A stretch of DNA of 64,000 nt from contig JALMLS010000253.1 in the NCBI GenBank assembly GCA_038496445.1, positions 118,298 through 182,297 on the forward strand, read 5' to 3'. Position numbers and translations under genes: made by a program. A model generated the notes under the pieces. That model searched no databases. It was not told where the DNA came from and saw only the letters and a program-made list of their open reading frames with translations. Below, in pieces: positions 10,777-23,700 of this stretch. This stretch comes from Trichosphaerium sp. ATCC 40318 (Eukaryota > Protista > Tubulinea). The number at the start of each line of letters is the position of its first letter. The stretch's first letter is position 1.

Positions 10777-13700
10777 TTACTCTACTCCCACCAATACAAA
10801 TGTGTATTTTAGTATGAATGCAGTATCTCTAAGAACATTTATAAACGGTATATTTTCCTTATCTTCAAGAGTGATACTGTGAACTGTAGTGGCACTTGAA
10901 AGTTCAAGTTGCATCATAAAATGTAAAAGTGTCGATAACGCATTATCAAGCATTACACGAACAGGAGAATCCTCAGACTAAAAAAAAGCGTTAACAAGAC
11001 AAATACCATACCACAATAAAGAGGGCGGAAAAAACAAAAGGCCACAGGGTAGTGACAAAACGTGTAACGAAGAGAAAGAACAACAAAAAAATAATTCGAA
11101 AAAAAAAAATAAATCGAAAATGTCAGGTGATTTGTTGTCAAATGACCGTGTTTCATAATATTTTTTGGTAAAACAAAAGTTCCGTTTAACAATAACGATA
11201 GTATGGTAATGCTTAATAACAAAAAAGGCAAGAAAGACAAAATAGGACAGTACCTTTGTAGCTGAGAAATCATTCAAGGATAAAATAATACCATCCAAAG
11301 TTTCAACAATACTCAAGGCACCAGTCATCCATTCAAAAGCATTAGAAGTAAGCTTATCCTTGTAATTCTTCATCCCTTGCATAAGACCAAGTAATAAAGA
11401 AGATTTATCAAGTGCGTCCTTAATATATCTATTATCAACCTTCTGATCACTCAGTTTCTTTAATTCAAAAAACTTAGCCTCTGTAGAACGCCATGCTTGT
11501 GTACTATTTGCTTCTGAGCTAAAAACAATAATACGTTCTAAAAGAGCGAATATTTGTCTATTGATTTCTTGTGTATCTGCTGTCTTTGTTTTTAAAACAG
11601 CGTGGTCTTTTGTATTCTCAAAGAATCCAACAAGAGATATCGTAGATGCTTTAAGTCCAACAAGTACTAAAGACAAACGTAAGAACAAATAAGAACAAGC
11701 TGAATTAAAGTAGTGAAGATAAAGCAGAAAATAATGATGTCAATGAAGAGGCAGTCAACAATGAACGCTGACAAGTAAGAAAAAAATGTTGTTTTTTTGA
11801 TAAGTTCTGTTTTGTTTCTTCTTTTCTGTTAGACTAGGATTTATAAGATAAAAAAAATCGTGTGGGTACCATCATTCAAAGGCTTGGGTAGTTTACATTC
11901 AAGTGTAGACTCAAAAAGAGTAGCAAGCTAAGTAAAATTTAGTTAACATTATTTTCAGTGAACACATGAGTTTCTGACTAAAGGTAGTACCTTTGCACAT
12001 GCATAGTGTAGTAGCTCAGGTGATACTTGATCTGGAGCCTTTTTAAAATAATTAGCCTGATGAATTATGACAATTTTAAGACGTACATTCATAATTGATA
12101 CTAAATCTTGACTTGCTTTACCGATTTCGTGTTGTTTCGAAACAGCTTTACAAGTAACAAAAAACTTAACTGCTGCTATAGAAAATCGTTTTGTAGCATC
12201 AAGAAGTGGTCCTACACAAAAACGTCAACAACAATATAATCAAGAGTACAAAGTTTCTTAAAAAGAGCACAGACAAAAAGGAGAAAAAAGTTGAAGTTTT
12301 TTTGGGTTTCTTACGTGCTGTTGTTGCTCGCAATGTTTGAAGAGATTACTGATAAAACAGAAATTTATTTGAATAAATTGTTTTAAGTGTTAAGAACGAT
12401 TAATTACTAAGCAGCGTTTGCTGCAACAAACTTATAAAATGAATAAAACACATTACCTGATCCTACTTCTGATCCTTCATTGAGACACTTGACAGCTATA
12501 ATCAGACCCCGAATATGCTCTTGCATACCCTTAGCACTCACAAGTATTACTTGTCGAATACTATTAGGAAACTTTGTAGCATAGGTCTTAATAAAATCTA
12601 CAAAGAAAAGTAAATCACTGCACAAAAGAAAAATTTGATTTAAGGCGTACTAAGCATGGTTCGTATACTCTGAGCTACAGACTTCAATCCTTTATTTAAA
12701 TCCTTAAGTTCTTGTGAAGCGAACTGCTTCGCAGATGCAGCACGTGAAAATTGACAAACAGAGCTAGTAAGATCTACAGAGAGAAAACTATGTCAGAACA
12801 AAAAAAAAACAACTGACATTTTTGTTTGTTTGCTTACCTCGTAATTGAAAGTACTCTGATTCTGTTGGACTACTATCAACACCTCGTAATGAATTATCAT
12901 ATTGAGATATTTGAGTATTATAAGGGGCAGAAGGAAGTGAAGAAATATCCAAGTTTGGAGGTGCTTCAGTTTTAGGAGCGGGCCGACGTGGTAAAGGCCT
13001 TGACTCCTTTCTTTGTTGTATGATAGGAAGCGAATCTTTCCTTGGTGCTCTATTAGCTATAAAAGGAGAACATAATAAGTATATATATAAATATTTACGT
13101 ATGTAAGACATCTCCAAAACTAGGAGATGATTTGAAAGTAGATTTGGCACCTGGACTTCTCTTTGGAATTCTTGGAGGCATTGCATTTGGAGAAGGTGGT
13201 AGTGTCTTTGCAGCTGTTGGTCTTGCCATTGGAGACACTGAAAGTTTATCATCCTCAGCAGCACGATCTCTAGAATGGCCGGTTAACTTCAACAACAATA
13301 ATCTAAGAAATTAGAAACCTTGACATGAAGTGACCTCGTCGTGCTTTTCGTTTAGTAACATTAAGATCTGTTGAAGCACCAAGCCAAGCTTTAGGTATCT
13401 AGTAACAATGTTAATACAAACACACGTACAAGAAAATCATCGTACACCATGACCACCGTATTGAAGCATGTCAATTGATATCCCTTCCTTTAAAACAAAT
13501 TAAAAATCAAAAACAATTTATCACTATTCATACTCCGAATATCTCCTCAAAACCGGTTATCATATCAACCATAATTGCGTTTGCCTATGTAAAATAACTG
13601 TTAACATACACCAAAAGTTTGCAATGATTTTTAATAGCACAGGTAGGAGAGAATGAGGCAAGATTTTAATGTACCTTCGAAATATTCTTAACCATAGTCA

Positions 13701-16093
13701 TCGGATTAGGATCCTTTTCGTACAATAAGCTGGGACACAGCACAACAGCTAAATACCATAGATTAGTTACAGCAGCCATCACATTGTTTGTATTTACGTA
13801 CCAACATTTGTAGCATTCATCTTATTATCTTCAGAATACTCAACAATACGAACACACATTGCGGCCAATTTTCTGAATAATTCATAATTTTCCTTTGGCA
13901 GTTTTCCGAGAATGGACTTGAGTTTCTTCATACGCTCTGGTTTTTCTAATTCTGATAATCCTACAAAATCGGTGTATAACTCGTATGTAAGCAAAGGCGC
14001 TGGCAAATCCCTTAAAAACGTGTAAACAAGCGACAAGAATACTGAAAAGTCACTGAAGTCTAGGGTATTTTTCTTCACTATCTAGCGTACCTCAAAAACG
14101 CTTTAATAAGTCCTGTAACAGTGTGCACGTCTAAAGAAGCAATATCTACAGTGTCTCCTTTATTTGCCTTACTTCTTATGGCATCTAGCTTTGGTTTTGG
14201 TGCAGACACACGGAAAATACCCTGTTGCTTTATAAACTGTTCTAAAAAATAAAAAGTCAAGTCTTCGAATAACTATCAACAAACTATTGTCACTATACCT
14301 GTATTTACAAGGTAATCAATTGACTGAGATATCAATGCCGGTATAGGCTCATTCAATCGTTTACACAGTTCATTATAATTAACGCCAAAAACCTGTGTAG
14401 ACTACATTGTTCAAATTAACAATGCAATCAATACACAGGAAAAAAAATCATTACGACGCACATTTTTTTCAGATTCATGGGCTGGATGACCACCACCAGC
14501 AACAAATTCAGGGATCCACGCTCCTAGAAAAAATATTAAAAATCACAGAGCCCAGCAACGGAAAAAACTACAAGGACTGCGAAATCACTGTGATAGAAAA
14601 AAAAATTGTGTACAACACATACCTTTCTCCCTTTTTTGTTTCTTCTCTTCAAAGGCTGTTCGCTCTTGAGCTATGTGTCGCCTACAAGGTATTTAATAAT
14701 GGTTTATCGCAAAGCGCAAAGCGTTAAAGTACCTGTAGTCAACAAACTTCTTATGAAGTTCATTAACTCTTCCCCAACCGCCTTTGTAGAACTGATAGTA
14801 ACTCTCAAAGAAACAGCACATCTAAAATGAAAAAACCATCAATACATGCCTGTGTCACAAAAAAGCAAAGAAATAAATCATAAAAAAATACCAGCACGTG
14901 GTAGAAGCGTCTAAAACTGAAAACCGGAAAGAGGTTTTCAGAGAAATCTTTCTTCAAAAAAAACAAAAAGAAAGTAGCGCTCAAACAAAAAAATAAGCAC
15001 GTGAACATACTTTCTCTAACTGCTCAAATTCATTCATCTCATTAACATCCAATAGGTCATTCCAAGCTTCTTCACCCCTAAAAATGTTATGAGAAGCGAG
15101 AGACACCACAGTACGCGCTTGGCAAGATATATTTCTTTTTGTTTTTCCATCTCATCTTCAGCTTCTTTTACTTTTTCATCTTTTTGTTTTTTACCTCCTA
15201 TGACAGAAGCTACTTTAAATATAGCCAAATCATAATTTCTTCGGGCTTGATCATGTCTCTTTTTAGTAGCCTACACATTCCACATGTCAAAAAAATACTC
15301 CAAGATCTCAAAAGCGACAAAAATAGAAAGAGAACTTCGCCTTTGTTTTTTTTTTTTTTCAGTTGGTTTTCCGTCCGGACAAATGTGCACACACCTGAGC
15401 TTTTGGGATTTGATCCTTTGTGAAGTCTACCATCGGGCCGCTTAAATTTTTAGGTTACCAATAGGTTAAGATAGTACAGGAGGCAGCAAAACTGATGTGT
15501 ATGCACGTGAATGCATACAATCCAAAAAACGTGAAAAAAAAAAAACATTGTACCTGACCATTGTCTTGAGTGTCGTTTCCTGTCACAACGTTTAGCGAAT
15601 ACAACAACACAACCAATCAACACGTACAAATGCTCCATACAAGTATCTTGTGTATTCCTCTATTTCAGCCATTTGTTCAAGACACATACCTCAAAAATAA
15701 TAACGTCAGTGGTTGCTATGTAATGTTTTTGATAGTACTAAGTTTCGAATTGGGGTCGTAGCGTTGTAAGGACTGCGAAAATTCTACAAGCGTCTGTGAC
15801 ATCGTAGGGCCGTATTCTCGCAATTCTATGCAAATATGTATGTCCGGAATACTAAACTGACGTACGTGCTGTGTATTTAACGTATTTGTTTACTTTTTTA
15901 GCAACCTCCGTAAGGTACGCCTTTGTTTCCGCTGCTCTCTTAACGAAAAAATGAGTTGGAACTGTTCTTGCCAGATATCTTCACTAACCTTCTCTTCGAA
16001 GTTTATTTTATGCGCTTCTGTATCTGGAGGCTTCTTTGCAGAGGCTGCATTCATAATCTGTGCTCCCCAGCGCTTCAAATTTATATTGGCCAT
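10777..16093 (-). CDS. BAR-like domain + RhoGAP + proline-rich linker + talin/vinculin-like helical C-terminus
   Basis: N-terminal helical exons (MANINLKRWG..). RhoGAP motifs QGIFRVS, VTGLIKAFLR-DLPAPLLTYELY, NKMNATNV..VLCPSL. PxxP linker. Amphipathic helical exons (12788-10777) spliced to stop TAA at 10777-10779. Confidence 0.8.
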
Positions 16094-16374
16094 GATTTAA
16101 CGAAAACAATAGTTTGTTGATTTTACAACAACCAGTTGGTGTGACACTACACAATAACGTCTTATTTAGGGCGGAATTACAAATAAAATGATGGAAGGCA
16201 AGTCCCATGTCATTGTAAGTTGTTGTACCCAAAAAAAAATCAAGCACACACGCGTGAAAGTATTGGTAGTTTAACCTAAACTGACCTTTGTGTAATTTTC
16301 TTAAATTTCTGTCAGCAAAAAAGCAAAAACAAAAAAAAATTTAAACAGCTTTTTTATCGTTAAACGTTACCATA

Positions 16375-19300
16375 ATGGCATCTGATCGTGGTTATAACGT
16401 TGCGTCTACGCTAGATGCTGCCAATACACTACAAGGAATAGGTCTAGCGTCTCAAGGGCTTCATGGTGCTCAAACTAGGGACACTCAATTGGCTGGAGTT
16501 AAAACTCAAACAGTGCAAGCTCCTGTATTCGAGCAGCCTAGTATGAACGCTTTAGTTTCGCACGTACAAACTATTACAGCAAACCCGAATTTTATGGCTC
16601 AAGAAGGTACGTTAGCATACTTTGACGCACCTTTGGCATACCAGTAAATTGAAAAAACAAATTTGTTTATTTTGGTATTGCGTAGTGCCCAGCACCATAC
16701 TTACATCCTGCTGAGTGTCTATACCACCGCCACAAAATGACATAGCCATTTCCAACCAAACACCTCAAACAATGCGATCTCTCGCCAGTACTCCTGCAGA
16801 CGTTCAATTAATGTCTGGCACGGTATCAAACACCAAACCTATGCACTATCCTCCAATGGAACACATTCAACCTCGCCATATGCAGCATCCACAGCTCATA
16901 CAACCAACAGGTATTTAACTGCCACGCGCGGTTGGAACTTTTTGAATTAAAAACAACACTCGAAATTAGATAAAGTAACCAAACAAACAAAACTAACATC
17001 CTCCTCTAGTTGTTGACGCAAACGGTATCCCAGTGGCACCATTCAGAGGAGGTGTAGCACAAGCAGCATCTGGCGTACTTGTACAAGGCGTATCTGTGAA
17101 GCCAGCTCTGTATAGATCTAGAGATATTAACCGCGTGGTACGTAATAACGTTTTGTCTTTTTTTCTATTGCAGTTTATGCTTTTTTGTGAAATTTTTTTT
17201 ATCAGTTTTTATCTCTTCTTTCATGTCTCTTATGAGCTTGTAAACTTGTGTTTACCTTCTTGAATGCTTACTAATTTCACGTTTAGAAAAACTCTTATGC
17301 TCAGACATTACATTCTTACAGAATGTTACAACAAGTAAAGGAATTGATGGAAACTGAAATTACTAGATTGCGTCAAAGTGGTGGTAGTCCATCAGTTATT
17401 CAGACGTTTCAAAGTGCCCTAGGAGAAGTCAGTAGTGCCCTAGGTTCCCTTAAGTGTGGTGGGTTTGTTGAGTGGCTCGCTAAGCAAGGGATTGAGCAGG
17501 TATGCGTTTTACTAAGCAAATATGTCCATTGACAGTTCGGTTTTTTTTTTGCAAAGTATTTCCTTGTTTATAACTTTCTCGATTAGATACTTCCTCGTGT
17601 TAACAATGCACATCTTGGACCTGCAAAATTTATATCAAACCCTGTAGAGAGAGGAAAGATTTATAGGTCTATTCTTCACCCAGTACAATAGCTTTCTTTA
17701 TTTTCTTTGATTTACTTTTTCAACCAAATCAACCTTTAATGCTAACATACCTACTAAGGTCCAAAATGCTCTTGCTGTATCAGAGGAGATGAACCTCATG
17801 GATTTTATTAGTTTCTTGCCGGAATACGCCGAACGCGTTTTTCCTGCTCCTCAAAACGGACAACCTGTTCAGTTTGTAAGTATTTTCCAAAAATTATTTT
17901 TCTAATTTCTAATTCCTTTACTTTCATTCACTGTACAAATTCTTTTCTACTGAAGGAAATCAATATGCGTTATAAAATAGAGGAACTATATTTTACTGTT
18001 ATTAGCTACACATAAATCATAAACAACCGTTTTTCTATTTTTTTGTTATGAAGTTTTTTTGTACTTACTTTTTTATTATTAGTTTAGCAATACACCAGAG
18101 GCTGTAGCAAGTAATAATAATTACGCACCTGTCCTTGATACTTCTGAAAACGTATCTGCACCTATTCTTCCAGGCACGTGATTAAACTCGATTTTTTTTT
18201 GAAAACACGTGCGTGTGGAATAATGGTAATAATTTTTTGTTTATTTTAGGAAGTTCATTCTCTCAACCACTTAAAAAACGACCACCGATGCCATTACATC
18301 ATGCATTTACTAAGCGACAAAAGACACAACATGTGCCATCTTATTTTAAAATCTCACCAGCACGTGCGTAGTTTTTTTTGTGTACTCTTGTTTGTACATC
18401 TCTAACTCTACCTTCGCTTACTCACTTTCACTTATTTAGCAACTGTTTTACAAGATTATAATCCAGGAATGTTCACACCACAACCTATGGTACGTTGTCT
18501 TCATATATATTAAATTTTTTTGTTGTTTTGTTTGTTGAGTTCTTATGTATTTCTATTAAGACTGTCCGTATTCAACCTGAACCTGGTTATGACAGTATAT
18601 CTCCGAATTATACAAAACGACGTAGACGAAGATCTGGGGATAATACTCCTAGAGCACGATTTCCAGATAACACAAAAGAACTTTGGGGTTTTGATGCTGA
18701 TGACATTCGCAATGCACTAATCAAGTATGTTTTAACACCTTAACCTCATCTTATATAATAAGACTCTAATGATATTATAGAGAGCATGGTATCGATCCTG
18801 CAAGACCACACAAGCCAGATAAACGCGGATTTCATTGGGCAAAGTATGTTTTTTTTTCTTTTCATTGTGATTTATGGACTGTAGGATCGCTAAAGAGATT
18901 GCTAATGACACATTTCTGGAGCTTGGTGATTATGGTCCTAAGCTAAAAGCAATATTACGCCGTAAATACCCTCAGATAATCGGGAATAAAGTCAAGGTAA
19001 TTCAGATAAAATATTCGCATGTACATAGATGTTTACTAACTTAAAATGTTTAAGATTCCACAAAATCCAAAGGTGGAATGGGGATTTGATGCTGATGATA
19101 TTAAACGAACAATAGAGGAGCTATCTGCAAAAGAAGGTGTTGCAGTAGGAACACCAAACAAAAATATATCTCTTTCTAAAGTAGGCAAAATATTGGGTTT
19201 GAAACAAGTACGTCATCCTTTTGGTCTTTTTTCTGTTGTCGGCTTACACCTTACTTTATAGTCACGTAACCCAAAACACAAACCGTTTGCTGAGCGTAGA

Positions 19301-19384
19301 GATAGAGGACAACTCGTTGCTGCATTACTTCGTCAAAAGTACCCTGCGCTTGCTTGTAAATTTCAAAGAACAAGAAAAATGTAA
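16375..19384 (+). CDS. Uncharacterised, probably nuclear protein with Q/P-rich N-terminus and two tandem WGFDADDI..LR(R/Q)KYP domains
   Basis: Exons join by GT/GC-AG introns into one frame. Basic NLS-like tracts (PLKKRP, KRRRRR). Duplicated motif at ~18683 and ~19079. Confidence 0.7.
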
Positions 19385-19797
19385 TTTTACAGATTATACT
19401 CAAAAAAAAAAAACCCAAAAAAATCAAAAACTAAAACTTCTTCATTTGTGTACAACTTGTACCTCTACGCGAAATGCAATTACATGAATTGTCTCAAAAC
19501 ATTGTCAATTGCACTTTTGTGAAATTGTTTCGTAATTACATTGCGCCATGTGTTATTCCGAGGCAGCTTTAGCCCACCGTGTACTGAACGAATAATTGTG
19601 TTTTCTTGGTTGGTATGCCTTTTGTTTTTGCTGTTACTCCGCCCTTTTTAGCTTACTAGTATATGGAACTACTGTGTAGTTGTTACCTGAATATGACAAC
19701 TCAGAGTACGAGACAAGAACAACAAAGGTTTAGCTACTTTATTTAAAAAGGGCAAATTCCTTTTTTAGGTCTATTTCTCCATTTCGTAAATTTTACT

Positions 19798-20151
19798 ATG
19801 CTTAAGGCCACACCTCTAGTTTTTCTTGTAATCGCCGTAGCATTATTGCTATGTGTAGATGCAACACGTACAAAGAACATGAGGTCATTGCAAAGAGAAG
19901 TAAGCGATGAAGAAACAAGCAAGCGTAATTGGCTTGATAACGCTTTTGTACAGCCTTGCTGTAATTGTGGTGGCAACCTTTATAGTATTTCAACTTGCTG
20001 GTCTCGTAACAGACACGGTAGAAACTGTTACGTTGATATGGTAGATCAACTCATTCAATGCGGTACAGCAAGCTGGGCAACAAGGAGAAATACTAGAAGT
20101 TATGCAAGAGCCGGAAGAAGAGGAGGAAGACGCACTTACTACAATGCGTAA
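19798..20151 (+). CDS. Small secreted Cys-rich prepropeptide (intronless, 117 aa)
   Basis: Hydrophobic signal peptide, acidic spacer ending in KR, six Cys (CCxC..C..C..C), Arg/Gly-rich tail. Confidence 0.7.
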   Translation: MLKATPLVFLVIAVALLLCVDATRTKNMRSLQREVSDEETSKRNWLDNAFVQPCCNCGGNLYSISTCWSRNRHGRNCYVDMVDQLIQCGTASWATRRNTRSYARAGRRGGRRTYYNA

Positions 20152-20706
20152 TAACCTTAAAAGTGTATAAATAAGGGGGCAACCCCCAACTATGCTATAC
20201 CCTATAATAGAGTGTAACAATAAACGATACAAAAACCGTATCAACCTTATTACAAACTATCATTTCTCAATACCTTCTCTCTTTACGTACCAATTGAATG
20301 ACTACCCACAGTGGAGCAAGCCACTTCTACGTTATAAGGTAAAAATTGTGGCTATCAGTGGCTCATAATTCCCGTAGTAGAAGTCCATCATGTAGCGGAT
20401 AAATTTCTGTCTATTTTTTTTTTTTTATTCTTTTTTACATAAACACGTGCCAACAAAAAGTTGCATACACTTCAAGACAAGACTCACAAGTAAAAGAAAA
20501 CACTACTTTTCAACAACAAAAAGGTTCCTACCAAGGTTTTTTTGAAATCACTCAAAGAAGGGTAGGTGGGTAGCACTTTGTATTCTTTCAAAATTCTCTT
20601 CTTGCGTTTTTTTTTCTTGGCGGTTTTTTTTGTTGTAAAGGAAAAAATGTTGATGATTTTTTTTACCATACTGTACTTGCTGCAAGCCTTTCTTCTTCCA
20701 TTCGTT

Positions 20707-23700
20707 TTAATCTTGATCTTTTGCACCACTGTCTTCTAGAAAACTAGGATGAAATGACTCAGACAGGACCAACGGCGTTCGCAGACTACCTGCCTCTTCT
20801 TCATCAGTTGTTGAGGGCGTCTCATCGCTATAACCACAATCTCTAACAAAACTCTCGAAATCACTATCAGATTCGTCTGAATAATCCTCAGCAGATGTAT
20901 ACGATGATACCAATGAAGTTCTTAGTGTTTTTTGTAAAAATCTAGGAGATGCTTTGAAAAGTTCTATTTTTTCAAAAAGAACATCTGCATGCTTTATAAA
21001 TGCTGGTATAACAGAACGAGCCCAAGGAAATATTAAAGCTAGTTGTGATATAGGCATAGTAGATTTCTTGGAAATATCAGAGAGGTGGTGTATGATATAA
21101 GCGACAGTCTCTCTGTTGACTTCATTCAATCCGTTTAAGAATTTCTTAACAGTCGCTATAGCTTTACTCTTCATATTGCCTATGATCAATAATTAATTCT
21201 TTTTCAATATGTTTAAATAAGTATATAGATCAGATGGGTTCTTACCAACGGATAAAACAGACGCGATATCGTCAGGGCTTAACAAAAAAATTAGATCTTC
21301 TAGTCAAGAAAATAATAGGAAAAAAAACCACGTGCATTATTATAAGAGGTTCTGGGAGGTCTTTTAAGTATTTTTTAAGTAGCCCAGCTACATCAATACG
21401 TGATACATTCATTGGTATAGTCTCATTGCAGTTAAATAAATATTCTAAATCAAGGACATGTTTCTTTGGAGCGATTTTTGTGTATGCCGTCATTCTGCCA
21501 CTATCTATTAAAAAAAAAAATTAGCTCTTTGATGTTTGATGAGTCGTGGTCCACGTTACATATTTGTAGGAAATCTACACACTCCTTAACTGGTCTTGGT
21601 ATTGGATATGAATCGGATAAAAGTGCTGCCTCGTCTACAGGTAATCCAAAGACTGAAGAATACCATGATCAGTAAAAAACTTGACTGTTTTTTTACTTAC
21701 GGCATGTTTTGGTTAGTATTGTTGGTTCCTTTACAATTTCCATTATAACACTATTAATATTAGTTTAGTGTTGGCTGGTTTTTTCGAACTAGACTTACTT
21801 TGCAACAGCACCAAGCATGATTTGAAAAGTTTTTTTAGTTGCTAATTCAGTCATTTTGTTATCCTCTTGATTAGCTATAACAAGCCTTAGATGATCCGTA
21901 AAGAATCTCAATGTCTCCCTAACAAACGAGTTAGAAAAAAATCCAAGTATTGAATAAGAAACGAAGACGAATCGAAAAGTTAAACCAACCACTTTGAATG
22001 TTTTTAAAAACACAAGAACTTTGATTCACGTGAGTTTTCTCAAGCGAAATCAAGTACGGAAAATCACGTGGTACCTGTTTGCTAATGGAAGTTTGTCTGC
22101 TAACTCTCGAAGCTTCAGATGCCTGTTTGACTCGGAATCCAACTTCTGAGTGCTTACAAAACTTGGCGCAAGATCATGTGTGAAAATATTCTCTGGTAGA
22201 GTTGTTAAATACTTTACAACAACCATTGCAACATTTTGAGGTTGTCTTTCTCCTTCTGCTTCAAAATCTACTCTCTTTCCTATTTAAAGCATCAGGTATC
22301 TATATGTGAGCTAATTTTAAGTAATTACCTTGCAGATATAGTTCTTTGTACTTACTAAACCGAGTTTGATCTCCAGGAACCCTACAAGCAATGTAAAAAA
22401 AAAAGTAACTCAAAAATGTGTATGACAAAAAGTGCTAATTTTGCACGGCTATTTTGATGATCACGTGATAAGGGTTTAAAAACCACTAACGGACATGCTT
22501 CTCATACGCAAACGTTGAAAATTGCGTGACATGTAGCGACATGTGCGATCTTTTGTGTTAAAACCCGTAGAAATACTATATTTTGCGGTTTTTGTTAGTA
22601 CCTATATAACCCTGGCTCTTTCAGTCCATGTTTATTTAACCATATTATAGAATCTCGAAGAGGTGAAGGAACACATCTTTTAGGGTCTGATCGTTCTACA
22701 GAAACATCAAGAGGCACAGCCCACACTGACGTAGTCGCAGCATTCTAAATAAAACGTTTCTTTTGTTGTACATTTGTCCAAAAAAGACTACTTCTCCACG
22801 TACGTCATTTATCTCAACGACAAGTGACCTAGATAGCATAACACGCCTATATAATACCATTGCCGACGCAGAATAAAATGCACGTTGAAATTCAGAGTAA
22901 CTACGAAGAGATGAGCTAAAAACATGTCTAACTGCCAAAAACAGAAATATCACGTGGGTTTTGAAACACTTTGTATGAAAAGGGCTTTGTACTCGCATAA
23001 TAATAACGTACTTTAATCGGCCGTTTCCGTCAGCATCACATGTATTAATTATCTGTTCGGCAGCTAGATAGAAGTTACAAGGGTTGAAGACAAAAAAAAA
23101 TTACATCAACCAAGATTACTTGCGGTTTGCTCAGACATGTAGTTTGTGGATAGACGTACTTGTGGCGTTATAAGTTATACCAGCTTGTACTGCTAACATA
23201 TTCAAAAATTTATGCGCTTGCTCCTTTGTTAGGCCTGGGAACACGTGAGTCTAGCGGGTAGTACTAAAATAAGTTGTACCCTTCCTTTCTTTATCGATCC
23301 TCTCGTAAATCAGTTTAAACTGCGCTCTACCTATTGGTGTTTGAGGTTTTATACCCAATTTCTTCAATTGAGACTGTTTTCCACCCATTGCGTCGCGATA
23401 GGGCACTTTTTATTTGTAAAAACAACATAAAAAAAAGCAAACACGTGTTCATAATGGTCAACACAATTACGAGCTGTTTTGCTGAACAATTCCTGATCAG
23501 GGCATTATTTTTAGCCAATACCAGGCACAAATATTGATACGATATGCGCAGAGGGAGCGAAGAAAACATGTAAGACAAGAGCGTTTACAAGATAGAATTT
23601 TTTTCACTTAATCCAAAAAGAGCTTTCGCCACGTTTTTATCTATTATTTAAGACAGATCACCTCTGTTTTTAGTTTAGGTAACGTCTTTGTTACCGGCCT

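Noticed and set aside
18360-18440. Possible GC-AG intron at CCA|GCACGT
   Set aside because: The GT donor GTGCGT four bases downstream gives the correct phase.
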